From: an uncultured Actinomycetota bacterium
Lineage (GTDB): Bacteria; Actinomycetota; Actinomycetes; Mycobacteriales; Pseudonocardiaceae
DNA length: 64,000 nucleotides
Reading direction: 5' to 3'
NCBI GenBank assembly: GCA_963720845.1
Contig: CAVRHG010000001.1
Span: 14,487 to 78,486, forward strand
Shown here in pieces: positions 53,297 to 64,000 of this stretch (the stretch's first letter is position 1; each line of letters opens with the position of its first letter). The translations under genes and the position numbers were made by a program. Under the pieces are notes generated by a model. The model made no database searches and was not told the origin of the DNA. It saw nothing but the letters and a program-made list of their open reading frames with translations.

Positions 53297-55717
53297 ATGA
53301 GCGCCCTGTTCGAACTTCCTGCCGCCGCGTCGAATCCTTCTGGGCCCGTGCAGCCCCGCACCGCCCGCGGCGCGACGCTGCTCGAGGGCCTCAACCCCCG
53401 CCAGCGCGAGGCCGTGGTGCACGCCGGCACGCCGCTGCTGATCGTCGCCGGGGCGGGCTCGGGCAAGACGCGCGTGCTCACCCACCGCATCGGCTGGCTA
53501 CTCGCCGAACGCCACGTGCACCCCGGCGAGATCATGGCGATCACCTTCACCAACAAGGCCGCGGCCGAGATGAAGGAGCGGGTGGACGCGCTGGTGGGCC
53601 GCCGGGCGGCCGCGATGTGGGTGTCGACCTTCCACTCCATGTGCGTGCGGATCCTGCGCCGTGAGGCCAAGCACCTCGGCGTGCGCAGCCAGTTCTCGGT
53701 CTACGACGCGGACGACACGCGCCGGCTTGTCGGCCTCGTCGCCCGCGATCTCGAGCTCGACCCCAAGAAGTTCGCCGCCCGCGGGCTGGCCGCGCAGATC
53801 TCGAACCTCAAGAACGAGTTGCTGGGCCCCGAGGAGGCCGCGGAGCGCGCGACGAACGAGTACGAGCGCCGCGTCGCCGAGGTGTACGCGCTCTATCAGG
53901 CACGGTTGCGCTCGGCGAACGCCTTCGACTTCGACGACCTGATCATGGAGACGGTGGCGCTGCTCCAGCGGTTGCCGGACGTCGCCGAGTACTACCGCCG
54001 CCGGTTCCGCCACGTGCTGGTCGACGAGTACCAGGACACGAACCACGCCCAGTACGTGCTGGTCCGCGAGCTCGTCGCCCCCGCCCGTTCGGGGGGCGCA
54101 CAGGGCGGAGCGAAGGCGGAGCCCGCATCGACACAGCCGGGTGAGCTGTGCGTCGTCGGCGACGCGGACCAGTCGATCTACGCCTTCCGCGGCGCGAGCA
54201 TCCGCAACATCACCGAGTTCGAGCGCGACTTCCGCGATGCGTACACCGTGCTGCTGGAGCAGAACTACCGCTCCACGCAGACGATCCTCTCGGCCGCGAA
54301 CGCCGTTATCGCGCGCAACCCGGACCGCCGCGACAAGCGCCTGTGGACGGCCGCGGGCGACGGGCCCAACGTAGTCGGGTACGTCGCGGACAACGAGCAC
54401 GACGAGGCCGCGTTCGTGGCGGGCGAGATCGACCGGCTCGTGGACAACGGCGAGATCCGCAACAGCGACGTCGCGGTCTTCTACCGGACGAACGCCCAGT
54501 CGCGTGTGTTCGAAGACGTCTTCCTGCGGGTCGGGCTGCCGTACAAGGTGGTCGGCGGGGTCCGCTTCTACGAGCGCCGGGAGATTCGCGACGCGCTGGC
54601 GTACCTGCGGGTGCTGTCGAACCCGGACGACACCGTGAGCCTGCGGCGCATCCTCAACGTGCCCAGGCGCGGTATCGGCGAGCGGGCCGAGGAGCTCGTC
54701 GCGCAGTACGCGGACCGCGAGCGGATCTCCTTCGCCGCCGCGCTGCGCGTCGCGGCCGAGCGGCCCGAACGGATGGGCGCGCTGGCCACGCGGTCGCAGC
54801 GGTGCATCGCGGGGTTCGTGCGGTTGCTCGACGGCTTGCAGGAGCTCGTCGAGCAGGGCGAGGGCACGGCCGAGCTGCTGGAGGCGATCTACGCCCGCAC
54901 CGGCTACACCTCTGAGCTGGAGGCCAGCGACGACCCGCAGGACGCGTCGCGGCTGGAGAACCTCGCCGAGCTGGTCACGGTCGCCCGGGAGTTCGCGGGT
55001 GACGCCGCCGTCGCGGACCTGGCCGTGGAGGAGGCGGTGGAGAACGCCGGGCTCGCCCCCGCCGACGACGCCACGGGGGAGCCCGAGCCCGGCTCGCTCG
55101 CGGCGTTCCTCGAACGGGTCGCCCTGGTGGCCGACGCCGACTCGATCCCGGACAACCACGAGGGCATGGTCACGCTGATGACCCTGCACACCGCCAAGGG
55201 CCTGGAGTTCCCGGCCGTGTTCGTCACCGGTCTGGAAGACGGGGTGTTCCCGCACCTGCGGGCGATGTCGGACCCGGCGGAGCTGGCCGAGGAGCGCCGG
55301 CTGGCCTACGTCGGCATCACCCGCGCCCGCGAGCGCCTCTACCTGTCCCGCGCGCTGATGCGCTCGTCGTTCGGGCAGCCGAACGCGAACCCGGCGTCGC
55401 GCTTCCTCGATGAGGTGCCCGCGACGCTGGTCGACTGGAAGCGGTCCGAACCCGAGCGTGCGGCGCCGGTGGGCCGGTTCGGGTTCGGGCGGCGCTCCGT
55501 GGGGGCTGATCGCGGCAGCTGGAAGGTGCCGGAGCGGACGCTGACCCCGTCGCTGCACCTGGAGGTGGGGGACCGGGTGAACCACGACAAGTACGGGCTG
55601 GGCACGGTCGTCGCGTCGGACGGGGCGGGGGCCCGGGCGACGGTGACGATCGACTTCGGGAGCGCGGGGACCGTGCGGCTGATGCTGATCGGTGGAGTGC
55701 CGCTCACGAAGCTGTAG
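53297..55717 (+). CDS. pcrA: ATP-dependent DNA helicase PcrA/UvrD1
   Basis: AGAGSGKT, VDEYQD, QNYRS, HTAKGLEF, C-terminal Tudor-like domain. Confidence 0.98.
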   Translation: MSALFELPAAASNPSGPVQPRTARGATLLEGLNPRQREAVVHAGTPLLIVAGAGSGKTRVLTHRIGWLLAERHVHPGEIMAITFTNKAAAEMKERVDALVGRRAAAMWVSTFHSMCVRILRREAKHLGVRSQFSVYDADDTRRLVGLVARDLELDPKKFAARGLAAQISNLKNELLGPEEAAERATNEYERRVAEVYALYQARLRSANAFDFDDLIMETVALLQRLPDVAEYYRRRFRHVLVDEYQDTNHAQYVLVRELVAPARSGGAQGGAKAEPASTQPGELCVVGDADQSIYAFRGASIRNITEFERDFRDAYTVLLEQNYRSTQTILSAANAVIARNPDRRDKRLWTAAGDGPNVVGYVADNEHDEAAFVAGEIDRLVDNGEIRNSDVAVFYRTNAQSRVFEDVFLRVGLPYKVVGGVRFYERREIRDALAYLRVLSNPDDTVSLRRILNVPRRGIGERAEELVAQYADRERISFAAALRVAAERPERMGALATRSQRCIAGFVRLLDGLQELVEQGEGTAELLEAIYARTGYTSELEASDDPQDASRLENLAELVTVAREFAGDAAVADLAVEEAVENAGLAPADDATGEPEPGSLAAFLERVALVADADSIPDNHEGMVTLMTLHTAKGLEFPAVFVTGLEDGVFPHLRAMSDPAELAEERRLAYVGITRARERLYLSRALMRSSFGQPNANPASRFLDEVPATLVDWKRSEPERAAPVGRFGFGRRSVGADRGSWKVPERTLTPSLHLEVGDRVNHDKYGLGTVVASDGAGARATVTIDFGSAGTVRLMLIGGVPLTKL

Positions 55718-55770
55718 CCGGACCCCTTTTGCGGTCAGGAACCGGCCGGAATGCGCCCTACGGTCGGTGT

Positions 55771-56919
55771 GTGATCAACACTGCAGCAGCCCTCGCCCCG
55801 TTCGCCCCGTTCGCCCGGGGCATCGACGAGCCCGACCCGGTCCGTACCGCGCTGCGCGCCGCCGGTCCGGTCGTCCGGGTCGACGCACCCGCAGGCGGGT
55901 CGGCGTGGATCGTCACCGACGACGCCGTGGCCCGGGCCGCGCTCGTCGACCACCGGATCACCAAGGACCCGGCCTGGGCGCCGACCGCATGGGGCCCGCA
56001 GGTGGCAGGGCTTGAACCGCCGGCGGCGGCGCTGCCCTCCCTGACCACCCTGGACGGCCCGGCGCACGCCGCGCTCCGCCAGGCCCACGCGCCGCTGTTC
56101 ACCGCCCGGCTGCTCCGCGCCCATCACGGCCGCATGACGGAGCTGGCCCGGGAGCTGCTGACGGCGGTGGCCGGCGAGGATCCCGTCGATCTCGCGGCGG
56201 ACTTCACCGCGCGTTACCCCGTGGCCGTCCTGCTCGACCTGCTCGGGAGCCCGCTCGACCGCGTCGACGACGCGATGGGCGCGTGCCGGGCGATGTTCAC
56301 CGGCCCCGAGGGGTTCGGGCGGGCGATGGCGACCTTCGCCGACCTCGCCGCCGCGGGCCTGACCGACGGCCGCAGCGGGCTCGCGGCGCAGCTGCGCGAC
56401 CGGGTTCCCGCGGAGATCACCCGCGACCAGCTGCACTACCTGCTCTTCGGGTTGATCTTCCCCGGGCAGATCACCACCGATCCCGCACTCGGGTTCGTCC
56501 TCCCGGACGTCCTCGACGACGGCCGGGCCAGCGCCGACCTCGAGGATCTCGTGCGCGAGTCGCTGCGCCACCACCCGCCCGCGCCACTCAGCCTCTGGCG
56601 GTTCACCACCGAGGAGGTCGAGCTCGCCGGCGTGCGCCTGCCGCCGCGCGCGCCAGTGCTCGTCGACATCCTCGGTGTCGGCACCGACCCGCACCGGCCG
56701 ACCGGATCGGACCTGACGTTCGGCGCCGGTCCCCATTACTGCCTCGGCGCCCAGCTGGCGGCCCTGGAGTTGCAGGCGGTCGCCGCGGTCGTCCGCACCG
56801 AGTTCCCGGACGCGCGGCTGGCCGTGCCGCGCGGCGCGCTGCGCCAGGTGAGCTACGGGGGGATCGCGGGGGGCCGGCTCGTCGCACTCCCGGTCGTCCT
56901 GGGCCGCCGGAGGTCGTAG
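55771..56919 (+). CDS. Cytochrome P450 (atypical I-helix)
   Basis: FGAGPHYCLG haem motif, ESLR (ExxR); TACGGT -10 before GTG. Confidence 0.92.
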   Translation: MINTAAALAPFAPFARGIDEPDPVRTALRAAGPVVRVDAPAGGSAWIVTDDAVARAALVDHRITKDPAWAPTAWGPQVAGLEPPAAALPSLTTLDGPAHAALRQAHAPLFTARLLRAHHGRMTELARELLTAVAGEDPVDLAADFTARYPVAVLLDLLGSPLDRVDDAMGACRAMFTGPEGFGRAMATFADLAAAGLTDGRSGLAAQLRDRVPAEITRDQLHYLLFGLIFPGQITTDPALGFVLPDVLDDGRASADLEDLVRESLRHHPPAPLSLWRFTTEEVELAGVRLPPRAPVLVDILGVGTDPHRPTGSDLTFGAGPHYCLGAQLAALELQAVAAVVRTEFPDARLAVPRGALRQVSYGGIAGGRLVALPVVLGRRRS

Positions 56920-56996
56920 ATCGGGTGGAACCGCGCCGGTCCCGGATCCGTCAGGGGCCGTGTGACACTGGACACCGCTGACACGGGAGGCCGCAC

Positions 56997-57584
56997 ATGT
57001 CCGTCGAGGTTGCAGAAGCGCTGTACGAGGCGGTGTTCGCTCATCCTGGTCCGTGGACCGAGGACGAGTACTTCGCTCTACCGGAGATGCCGACGAAGGT
57101 CGAGCTCGTGGACGGGGTCCTCGTCGTGATGCCGCTGTCCTCGGTGGTGCATCAGCGGCTCGTCTGGCAGCTCGGCAGGATTCTCGAGGAGAGCTGCCCC
57201 ACCCAGGAGTGGGAGGTCTTCGCCGGGCTGAACGTGCGGCTATGGCCTGGTCACGTCCGCAATCCGGACGTCATCGTCACCCGGCGCGGCGCGATGTCGC
57301 GGTACGTCCCGGCCACGGACACCGTGTTGCTCGTCGAGATCACCTCACCGGGCAACTTCCGCCAGGACCGGATCGTCAAGCATGGCGACTACGCCGCCGC
57401 AGGCGTGCCGTTCTACCTGCGGGTGGACCTGGAGAAGGGGCACGAGGCACTTGAGGCGACGCTCTTCGAGCTTGTCGAGGGCGGCTACCGGGAGACCGCT
57501 CGTTCGGCGAGCGGGCTGCTCCGGTCGTCGCTCCCGTGGCCGTTCGAAGTCGACCTGCGTGCTCTGGCGACCGGCCGACCCTGA
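56997..57584 (+). CDS. Uma2-family PD-(D/E)xK-like endonuclease
   Basis: ELVDG, RNPDV, LVEITSPG, YAAAGVPFY. Confidence 0.9.
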   Translation: MSVEVAEALYEAVFAHPGPWTEDEYFALPEMPTKVELVDGVLVVMPLSSVVHQRLVWQLGRILEESCPTQEWEVFAGLNVRLWPGHVRNPDVIVTRRGAMSRYVPATDTVLLVEITSPGNFRQDRIVKHGDYAAAGVPFYLRVDLEKGHEALEATLFELVEGGYRETARSASGLLRSSLPWPFEVDLRALATGRP

Positions 57585-57598
57585 GGCAGGTCGAATGA

Positions 57599-58576
57599 CT
57601 AGAGCTGGATCCCGTGCCGGGCCAGCCACGGCAGCGGGTTGAGCTTGGTCCCGTCCGGCGCCCACACCTCGAGATGCAAGTGCGGGCCGGTGGAGAAGCC
57701 GCGGTTGCCGATGTCCGCGATGTGCTCGCCCGCACGCACCTGCTGCCCGACGCTGACGTAGGTCCGGTTGACATGCCCGTAGACGGTGGACTCCCCGTCC
57801 GGGTGCTTGATCACCACCCACATCCCGAACCCGGATGCGGGCCCGGACTCCTCGACCACCCCGTCGGTCAGCGCGTAGATCGGCGTCCCGATGGCGTTGG
57901 CGATGTCGACGCCGTAGTGGGTAACGCCCCACCGGGCGCCGAACAGCGAGGTCAGGCGACCGACAGCGGGCCGGACGAACGCCTGGCCGTCGATGACGTT
58001 GGCCTCGGGCGCCCCGTCGGCCAGGGCCGACCGCAGGACGGTGGTGCGTTTCGCGATCTCCTGGCCGATGTCGGTGGCCTTGGTGAGGTTGCGGACGTCG
58101 ACCTCGGAGCGCGGGTCGAGATGCCCGGTCGGCCCGAAGTTCCCGTCGAGCGGGCCCACCCGCAGCGTGCCGGGGGGCAGCTGGTCCGCGCCGATGGCGT
58201 CGGTCCCGGCGGCGTCGGTCCCACCCGTGCCGGTGCTCGTGTCCGCGACCGGGAGCAGCGCCGCCACCGGCACGATGGCCGGGCCGGCGGTGAGAGCGGT
58301 CACCATGGTCTGCCCACCGGCCACCACTGCACCCGCGGCTGCGGCCGCCAGCGTCACGCGCCCGCGCAGGGACGCCGACGGCGGGGGCGGCAGCCGGTGC
58401 GAGCCGGTCGGCTGCGCAGGGGGCAGCACACCGGGCTCGGGTCGGGCGCCGCTGGGGGAGCGGTGGCGCGCCAAGACCTGCCCTTCTCCAAGCGAGGCCG
58501 CGACGGGGCGTGGGTCGGGGAGAACCCTCGGCGCCGTCCGGGGCCGGTGCCGACGTTCCGTCACGGTTCGTGACAT
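57599..58576 (-). CDS. M23 family peptidoglycan endopeptidase (Rv0950c-like)
   Basis: HYGVD, YGH, STGPHLHLEV. Confidence 0.93.
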   Translation of the reverse strand: MSRTVTERRHRPRTAPRVLPDPRPVAASLGEGQVLARHRSPSGARPEPGVLPPAQPTGSHRLPPPPSASLRGRVTLAAAAAGAVVAGGQTMVTALTAGPAIVPVAALLPVADTSTGTGGTDAAGTDAIGADQLPPGTLRVGPLDGNFGPTGHLDPRSEVDVRNLTKATDIGQEIAKRTTVLRSALADGAPEANVIDGQAFVRPAVGRLTSLFGARWGVTHYGVDIANAIGTPIYALTDGVVEESGPASGFGMWVVIKHPDGESTVYGHVNRTYVSVGQQVRAGEHIADIGNRGFSTGPHLHLEVWAPDGTKLNPLPWLARHGIQL

Positions 58577-58802
58577 GGACCTCGGGACCGTAGCGCCCGG
58601 TGAAGGAGTGGAGCAAACGGGGGGTGCGGTACGTCGCCCACTGGACCGTTCGGGTGGCTGAGTGGTATCGACGTCGTGGGGCGTTTCACGGGTGACAACG
58701 GTCACCGGACCAGGTCAGAGTGGGTGCGCCGTGCGTCGCTAGGGTCGGCCCGACGAGCGCACACGCTGGAGTGGGCTGCGGGAAAGCGGGCGAGGAGAGC
58801 CA

Positions 58803-59975
58803 GTGGACCTCTACGAGTATCAGGCGAAGGCATTGTTCGCTGCACACGGAGTCCCGGTACTGCCGGGCCGGACCGTCGAAACGCCCGAGGAGGCCGCTGC
58901 GGCGGCCCGCGAGCTGGGCGGGACCGTGGTCGTCAAGGCACAGGTCAAGACCGGTGGCCGGGGCAAGGCCGGTGGGGTGAAGCTGGCGAGCTCGCCCGAG
59001 GAGGCGCAGGAGAAGGCCGCGGCCATCCTGGGGCTGGACATCAAGGGCCACACGGTGCACCGGGTGTTGATCACCGAGGCCAGCGACATCGCCGAGGAGT
59101 ACTACTTCTCGTTCCTGCTGGACCGGGGCAACCGCACGTTCCTGGCGATGTGCTCGGCCGAGGGCGGTATGGAGATCGAGCAGCTGGCCGTCGAGCGGCC
59201 GGATGCGCTGGCCCGGATCCCGGTCGACGCGATCACCGGGGTGGACAAGGCGAAGGCCGCGGAGATCGTCGCCGCCGGGAAGATCCCGGCGGCGGTGGCG
59301 GACCAGGCTGCCGACGTCATCGTCAAGCTGTGGGAGACCTTCGTCGGTGAGGACGCGACGCTGGTCGAGGTGAACCCGCTGGTGCGCGACCCGAAGGACC
59401 ACGTGGTCGCCCTCGACGGCAAGGTCACCCTGGACGACAACGCGGACTTCCGCCACCCCGGCCACGCCGACCTGGTGGACGAGCGTACCGAGAACCCGCT
59501 GGAGGCCAAGGCCAAGGCGAGGAACCTGAACTACGTCAAGCTGGAAGACGGGCAGGTCGGGATCATCGGCAACGGTGCCGGCCTGGTGATGTCCACGCTG
59601 GACGTGGTGGCCTACGCCGGTGAGAAGCACGGCGGGGTGAAGCCGGCGAACTTCCTGGACATCGGCGGTGGGGCCTCGGCGAAGGTGATGGCGGACGGCC
59701 TGGACGTGATCCTGGGCGACGAAGACGTGAAGAGCGTGTTCGTCAACGTGTTCGGCGGGATCACCTCCTGCGACGCGGTCGCGAACGGCATCGTCGAGGC
59801 GCTGAAGATCCTCGGCGACACCGCCAGCAAGCCGCTGGTGGTGCGGCTGGACGGGAACAACGTGATCGAGGGCCGGCGGATCCTGGACGAGGCGAACAAC
59901 CCGCTGGTGACGCAGGTGGACACGATGGATGACGCGGCCGACAAGGCCGCCGAGCTCGCAGCGACGGGGGCGTGA
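58803..59975 (+). CDS. sucC: Succinyl-CoA ligase beta subunit
   Basis: [33 protein letters not shown]. Confidence 0.99.
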   Translation: MDLYEYQAKALFAAHGVPVLPGRTVETPEEAAAAARELGGTVVVKAQVKTGGRGKAGGVKLASSPEEAQEKAAAILGLDIKGHTVHRVLITEASDIAEEYYFSFLLDRGNRTFLAMCSAEGGMEIEQLAVERPDALARIPVDAITGVDKAKAAEIVAAGKIPAAVADQAADVIVKLWETFVGEDATLVEVNPLVRDPKDHVVALDGKVTLDDNADFRHPGHADLVDERTENPLEAKAKARNLNYVKLEDGQVGIIGNGAGLVMSTLDVVAYAGEKHGGVKPANFLDIGGGASAKVMADGLDVILGDEDVKSVFVNVFGGITSCDAVANGIVEALKILGDTASKPLVVRLDGNNVIEGRRILDEANNPLVTQVDTMDDAADKAAELAATGA

Positions 59976-59976
59976 G

Positions 59977-60891
59977 ATGGCGATCTTTCTCAACGAGCAC
60001 AGCAAGGTCATCGTCCAGGGTCTGACCGGCGCCGAGGGCACCAAGCACGCCACGAAGATGCTGGCGGCCGGGACGAACATCGTGGGCGGGGTGAACGCCC
60101 GCAAGGCCGGTAGCTCGGTGAGGTTGCCGGTGGGCCCGGGTGCGGGTGTCCCGCAGGACAGGGACCTGACCGTGTTCGGGACGGTCGAGGAGGCGATGAA
60201 GGAGACCGGCGCGGACGTGTCGGTGGTGTTCGTGCCGCCGGTGTTCGCCAAGGCCGCGGTGGTGGAGGCGATCGACGCCGCGATCGGGCTGGCGGTGGTG
60301 ATCACCGAGGGAGTCCCGGTGCACGACTCGGCCTGGTTCTGGGCGCACGCGGTGGCGAACGGCAACCGCACCCGGATCATCGGCCCGAACTGCCCGGGGA
60401 TCATCTCGCCGGGCAAGTCGAACGCGGGGATCATCCCCGCGGACATCGCCGGGCCGGGGCGGGTCGGGTTGGTGTCGAAGTCGGGGACGCTGACCTACCA
60501 GATGATGTACGAGCTGCGGGAGATCGGGTTCTCCACGGCCATCGGCATCGGCGGGGACCCGATCATCGGGACCACGCACATCGACGCGCTGGAGGCGTTC
60601 GAGGCAGACCCGGAGACCGTGGCGATCGTGATGATCGGGGAGATCGGCGGTGACGCCGAGGAGCGGGCGGCGGACTTCGTGAAGGCGAAGGTCAGCAAGC
60701 CCGTGGTCGGCTACGTCGCCGGGTTCACCGCCCCGGAGGGCAAGACGATGGGCCACGCCGGCGCGATCGTGTCCGGCTCCGCGGGCACCGCACAGGCCAA
60801 GAAGGACGCCCTCGAGGCGGCCGGCGTGCGCGTCGGCAAGACGCCGAGCGAGACGGCCGCGCTGATGCGCGAGATCGTGGCGTCGCTGTAG
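59977..60891 (+). CDS. sucD: Succinyl-CoA ligase alpha subunit
   Basis: [26 protein letters not shown]. Confidence 0.99.
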   Translation: MAIFLNEHSKVIVQGLTGAEGTKHATKMLAAGTNIVGGVNARKAGSSVRLPVGPGAGVPQDRDLTVFGTVEEAMKETGADVSVVFVPPVFAKAAVVEAIDAAIGLAVVITEGVPVHDSAWFWAHAVANGNRTRIIGPNCPGIISPGKSNAGIIPADIAGPGRVGLVSKSGTLTYQMMYELREIGFSTAIGIGGDPIIGTTHIDALEAFEADPETVAIVMIGEIGGDAEERAADFVKAKVSKPVVGYVAGFTAPEGKTMGHAGAIVSGSAGTAQAKKDALEAAGVRVGKTPSETAALMREIVASL

Positions 60892-60991
60892 GAGTCGTGG
60901 CCGCGGCGGGCGGGACCGGCGCCCGCCCGCCGTGCGTCGGCCGCGTGCAGGTCTGCGATGCTCAACCGCGATGGCCGCGGGAAGGAGCGAC

Positions 60992-62179
60992 ATGACCCGG
61001 AACGCCGAGATACCCCACGAGACACCCCCCGAGACATCCCCCACCCCCGGCGTGGAGGAATCCTCGCCGGCGAGCGCGGCGTCGCCCGCCGCCGGCAGCC
61101 GGGCGGGGCAGTCAGGTCCGGTCGCCGAGCTGGGTCTCGTCGCCGCCGGACTCGGCCTCGTGATCTATTTGATCGGGTTCGTCACGAACCTCGGCGGCTC
61201 GTCGTCGCTCATCCTGCCGCTCCTGCTCGGCGGCGGCCTGCTCGCGGGCTCGGTCGCGCTGCCGACGGTGGGTGGGCGCGTCCTCGCCCCCGCTGCCGTC
61301 GCGACGACCACCGGCGCCCTGCTGCTGCTGCGTGCCGTGATCGACGGCGGCGGGAGTGCCCTCTCGGTCGGCGCGCTGGTGCTGGGCCTGCTCGAGGCCG
61401 CCGCGACGGTCGGAGCCACGTTGGTGCACTCCGGGGTGGTGCGGGCGCGCCCGCCGAAGCCGCGGAAGGCCGCCCCGCAGCCGGCGTTCTCCGGCCACCC
61501 CGCCGGCCCGCAGTTCCCGGGGCAGCAGTACCCGGGCCAGCCCCACCCGCGCGCGTATCCCGCCGATGCCCAGCCGTTCCCGGGCGACCAGTGGACGGGC
61601 GAGCACGCCTTCGCCCAGAACGCCCGCTACGGCGGTCAGTACGGGGTGCCCGGCTACCCGCCGCCCCCGCCCGTCGGAGCGCCCGGCTACGACCCGCTGC
61701 ACGCCCGGTCCGAGGCGCAGACCGTGGCCGTCGGCGCCGAGGCACCCGGTGACACCGCGGCACCGCCGCGGGGCACCCGGCCGGTGACCGAACCCGTCGG
61801 GAGTGCGGCCGAACCCGGCTCGGGCTACGGCCAGGGCGCCGGTGGTTTCCCCGGGCTGGGCACGGGAGCCCACCGCGCGGTGCCCGACCCGGGCGCGGCC
61901 CTGTTCCGCTCCGACGCCGCCCCCACGGGCACCGGCACGCACCGGGCTGTGCCTGATCCCGGCACGGGGTCGTTCCGGCCCCTGTCGGGCGCGGGGTCGT
62001 ACCCGGCCGTCCCAGAGGGTCCGGCCACGGGCACCGGCTCGCACCGGGCCGCGTCGGGGACGGGCTCCGTCGGGGCGACGTCGTCCGGCCGGTGGCCGGA
62101 GGCCGATGCGGCGGCACCGCCCGACTCCGACGGCGAGCGCACCCGCACCATCCCCACCGTCCCGGACGACCAGCGTTGA
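60992..62179 (+). CDS. DUF5336-like membrane protein (Rv0954-like) with P/G-rich tail
   Basis: Four TMs; position after sucD; TGxHRAV repeats. Confidence 0.7.
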   Translation: MTRNAEIPHETPPETSPTPGVEESSPASAASPAAGSRAGQSGPVAELGLVAAGLGLVIYLIGFVTNLGGSSSLILPLLLGGGLLAGSVALPTVGGRVLAPAAVATTTGALLLLRAVIDGGGSALSVGALVLGLLEAAATVGATLVHSGVVRARPPKPRKAAPQPAFSGHPAGPQFPGQQYPGQPHPRAYPADAQPFPGDQWTGEHAFAQNARYGGQYGVPGYPPPPPVGAPGYDPLHARSEAQTVAVGAEAPGDTAAPPRGTRPVTEPVGSAAEPGSGYGQGAGGFPGLGTGAHRAVPDPGAALFRSDAAPTGTGTHRAVPDPGTGSFRPLSGAGSYPAVPEGPATGTGSHRAASGTGSVGATSSGRWPEADAAAPPDSDGERTRTIPTVPDDQR

Positions 62180-62275
62180 GCGTGACCGTCGACACGCGCT
62201 GACCGAACCGGGCGGGCCACCTCACGTCGGCGTGCCTGAGGCGCCGCGGCGCCGGCCGCTGCGACGCTGAACGAT

Positions 62276-63927
62276 GTGAGCCGCTCCCTCGCACCCCCCG
62301 CCGACCTCCCGGCCGCCGACCCCGTGCCCACCCAGCCCGACGGCGTCGCCCGGCTGCGGATCCTGTGTGCCGCCGCGATGGGGACGGTGCTCGCGAGCTA
62401 CGCGCTGCTCGTTCCGGCCGCGGCGGCCGTCGGCTGGACCGCGGGCGACGGCCTGTCCTTCGACGGGGCCTTCGCCGCGGCCATCCCGCTCTGGCTCGCC
62501 GCGCACCAGATCCCGCTCGTGTTGGCGGGCCAGCCGTTCAGCGTCCTTCCGCTGCTGCCGACGGCCGTGCTGTTCGCCGTCGTCGCGCTGGGTGCGGGCT
62601 GGGCGCTGCGGCGCCTCGGCGGACGGTTCCGGCACGACGGCGGACCGGTGCTGGTGGGGACGGCCGGCGCGCACGCCGCGGTCGCCGTGCTCGGCAGCGC
62701 GCTGTTGCCCCGGGCGGCGGAGGTCGCGGCGCAGCCGTGGGCGGCGATGGTCGGGGCCGGGCTGCTCGCGGGATCCTCCGCGCTGACCGGCATGCTGCGC
62801 TCCTGCGGCCTGCCCCCCGAGTGGCGCGGGGGTCCGGCGTGGCTGCGCGTCGGGATGCGGGCCGGGGCGCTCGCGCTCGCGGGCCTCGCCGCGGTGGCGT
62901 CGGTGCTGTTGGTGGTGGCCCTGGTGGCGGGCGCGCCCCGGATGGTGGCGGCCTACGGTGCGCTCGCGCCCACGTTCGGCGACGGCCTCGGCGTCACCCT
63001 GCTCGGGCTGGCCTACCTGCCCAACGCCGCAGTCGGGGCGATGAGCTGGGCGGTCGGGGCAGGATTCACCGTCGGTACCGCGACGATCTCGCCCTTCGAC
63101 GCGAAGCCCGGCGTGCCGTCGTCGTTCCCGCTGCTGGCGGCGCTGCCCACCGGGGTGCCGCCGGTGTGGGCGCCGGCCGTGCTGGCGCTGCCGGTGCTCC
63201 TGGGGCTGCTGGTCGGGCTGTCCGTCCGTCGCGCCCTGCCGGTGCCCGCCGACCGCATCCGCGCGACGGTCGTCGCCGGGCTCGTCGCGGCGTCGGGTGC
63301 CACGGCGCTCGCTCTTCTGGCGGGTGGGCGGCTGGCCGCGGGGCCGTACGACCCGGTGCGGTTCCCGCCCGAACTGATCGCCCCGGCGACGCTGCTCTGG
63401 ATCGGGGGCGTCGCGGCGGTCGTCGTGATCCTCCGGCGGCCGGTGGACGATCCGGACTACGTCGAGGTGGTGGACGGGGTTGAGGAGCCGGACGTCGACC
63501 CGGAGGGGCCGGTCCGCGCGACTGCGGTGCCCGATGGCGATCCGGACGACGCAGTGGACGTCGCGCCGGACGCGCGCCCGGACCCGTCCGACGATCCCGT
63601 GGATGCCCGGACGACGCGGTGGACGACGCGGTGGACGACGTGGTGGCCCGCGATCCGGTGGACGACGGCGCGGAGCATGACGGCGCGGACGAGGGCCCGG
63701 TTGCGGCCGGCGCGGTGACCGGCGGTGCACGCCGCACAGTGCCGGACCCCGCGTCGGCGGTCGCACCCGACGCGGTCCCGTTCCCCGCGCGCCGGAGGCT
63801 CTTCGGCCGACGTCGGCCGGACGGGAGCGCCGAACTGCCGGCCCCGAAGCGCCCCCGGACTGTGGCCGACCTGGTCGCGGAGCGGGCGGCGGCGGAGCGG
63901 GCGGCGCGCGGGACCGACGCCCGGTAG
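62276..63927 (+). CDS. DUF6350/PerM-like membrane protein with a frameshift near 63607
   Basis: [27 protein letters not shown]; acidic tail continues in another frame to 63927. Confidence 0.75.
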
Positions 63928-64000
63928 CACAGCTCGCACACACCGTGCCGCTGCTCGACCTCCGTGCCGTACGACCTCACGGCACATGCACCGGACTGGG

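Noticed and set aside
61850-62060. TGxHRAV repeats in the DUF5336-like tail as a RiPP precursor
   Set aside because: They lie in a disordered tail of a conserved membrane protein with no modifying enzymes nearby.

Overview
High-GC actinobacterial core-chromosome window. Gene order suggests a Pseudonocardia-like member of the Pseudonocardiaceae (inference). Order: end of the alpha operon (rpsM-rpsK-rpsD-rpoA-rplQ), truA, a deaminase and a decayed 2OG-Fe(II) oxygenase, an ESX-4-type type VII secretion locus, rplM-rpsI-glmM, nnr-alr-tsaE-tsaB-rimI-tsaD, groES-groEL1 with a CIRCE, whiD / CarH-like MerR / bldM / sigD(shbA) / rsdA, guaB-guaB3-guaA, a PspC-linked two-component system, chorismate mutase / pcrA, a P450, Uma2, an M23 peptidase, sucCD and two membrane proteins. 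No tRNA, rRNA, CRISPR array or transposase was seen. Two non-obvious signals stand out. (1) A family of 66-77 bp MIRU-like interspersed elements (5 copies). The intergenic copies encode mini-ORFs that bridge the upstream stop to the downstream start through NTGA overlaps. One copy is inserted in-frame inside a gene between 8-bp direct repeats. All are built from GNA-loop/sheared-G.A hairpins. (2) An unannotated Phe/Tyr-rich leader peptide (MSRRFFYGYR...) with three mutually overlapping hairpins, an apparent ribosome-mediated attenuator upstream of chorismate mutase. Start codons were chosen by eye and product calls come from recognised motifs and synteny; no database searches were run.
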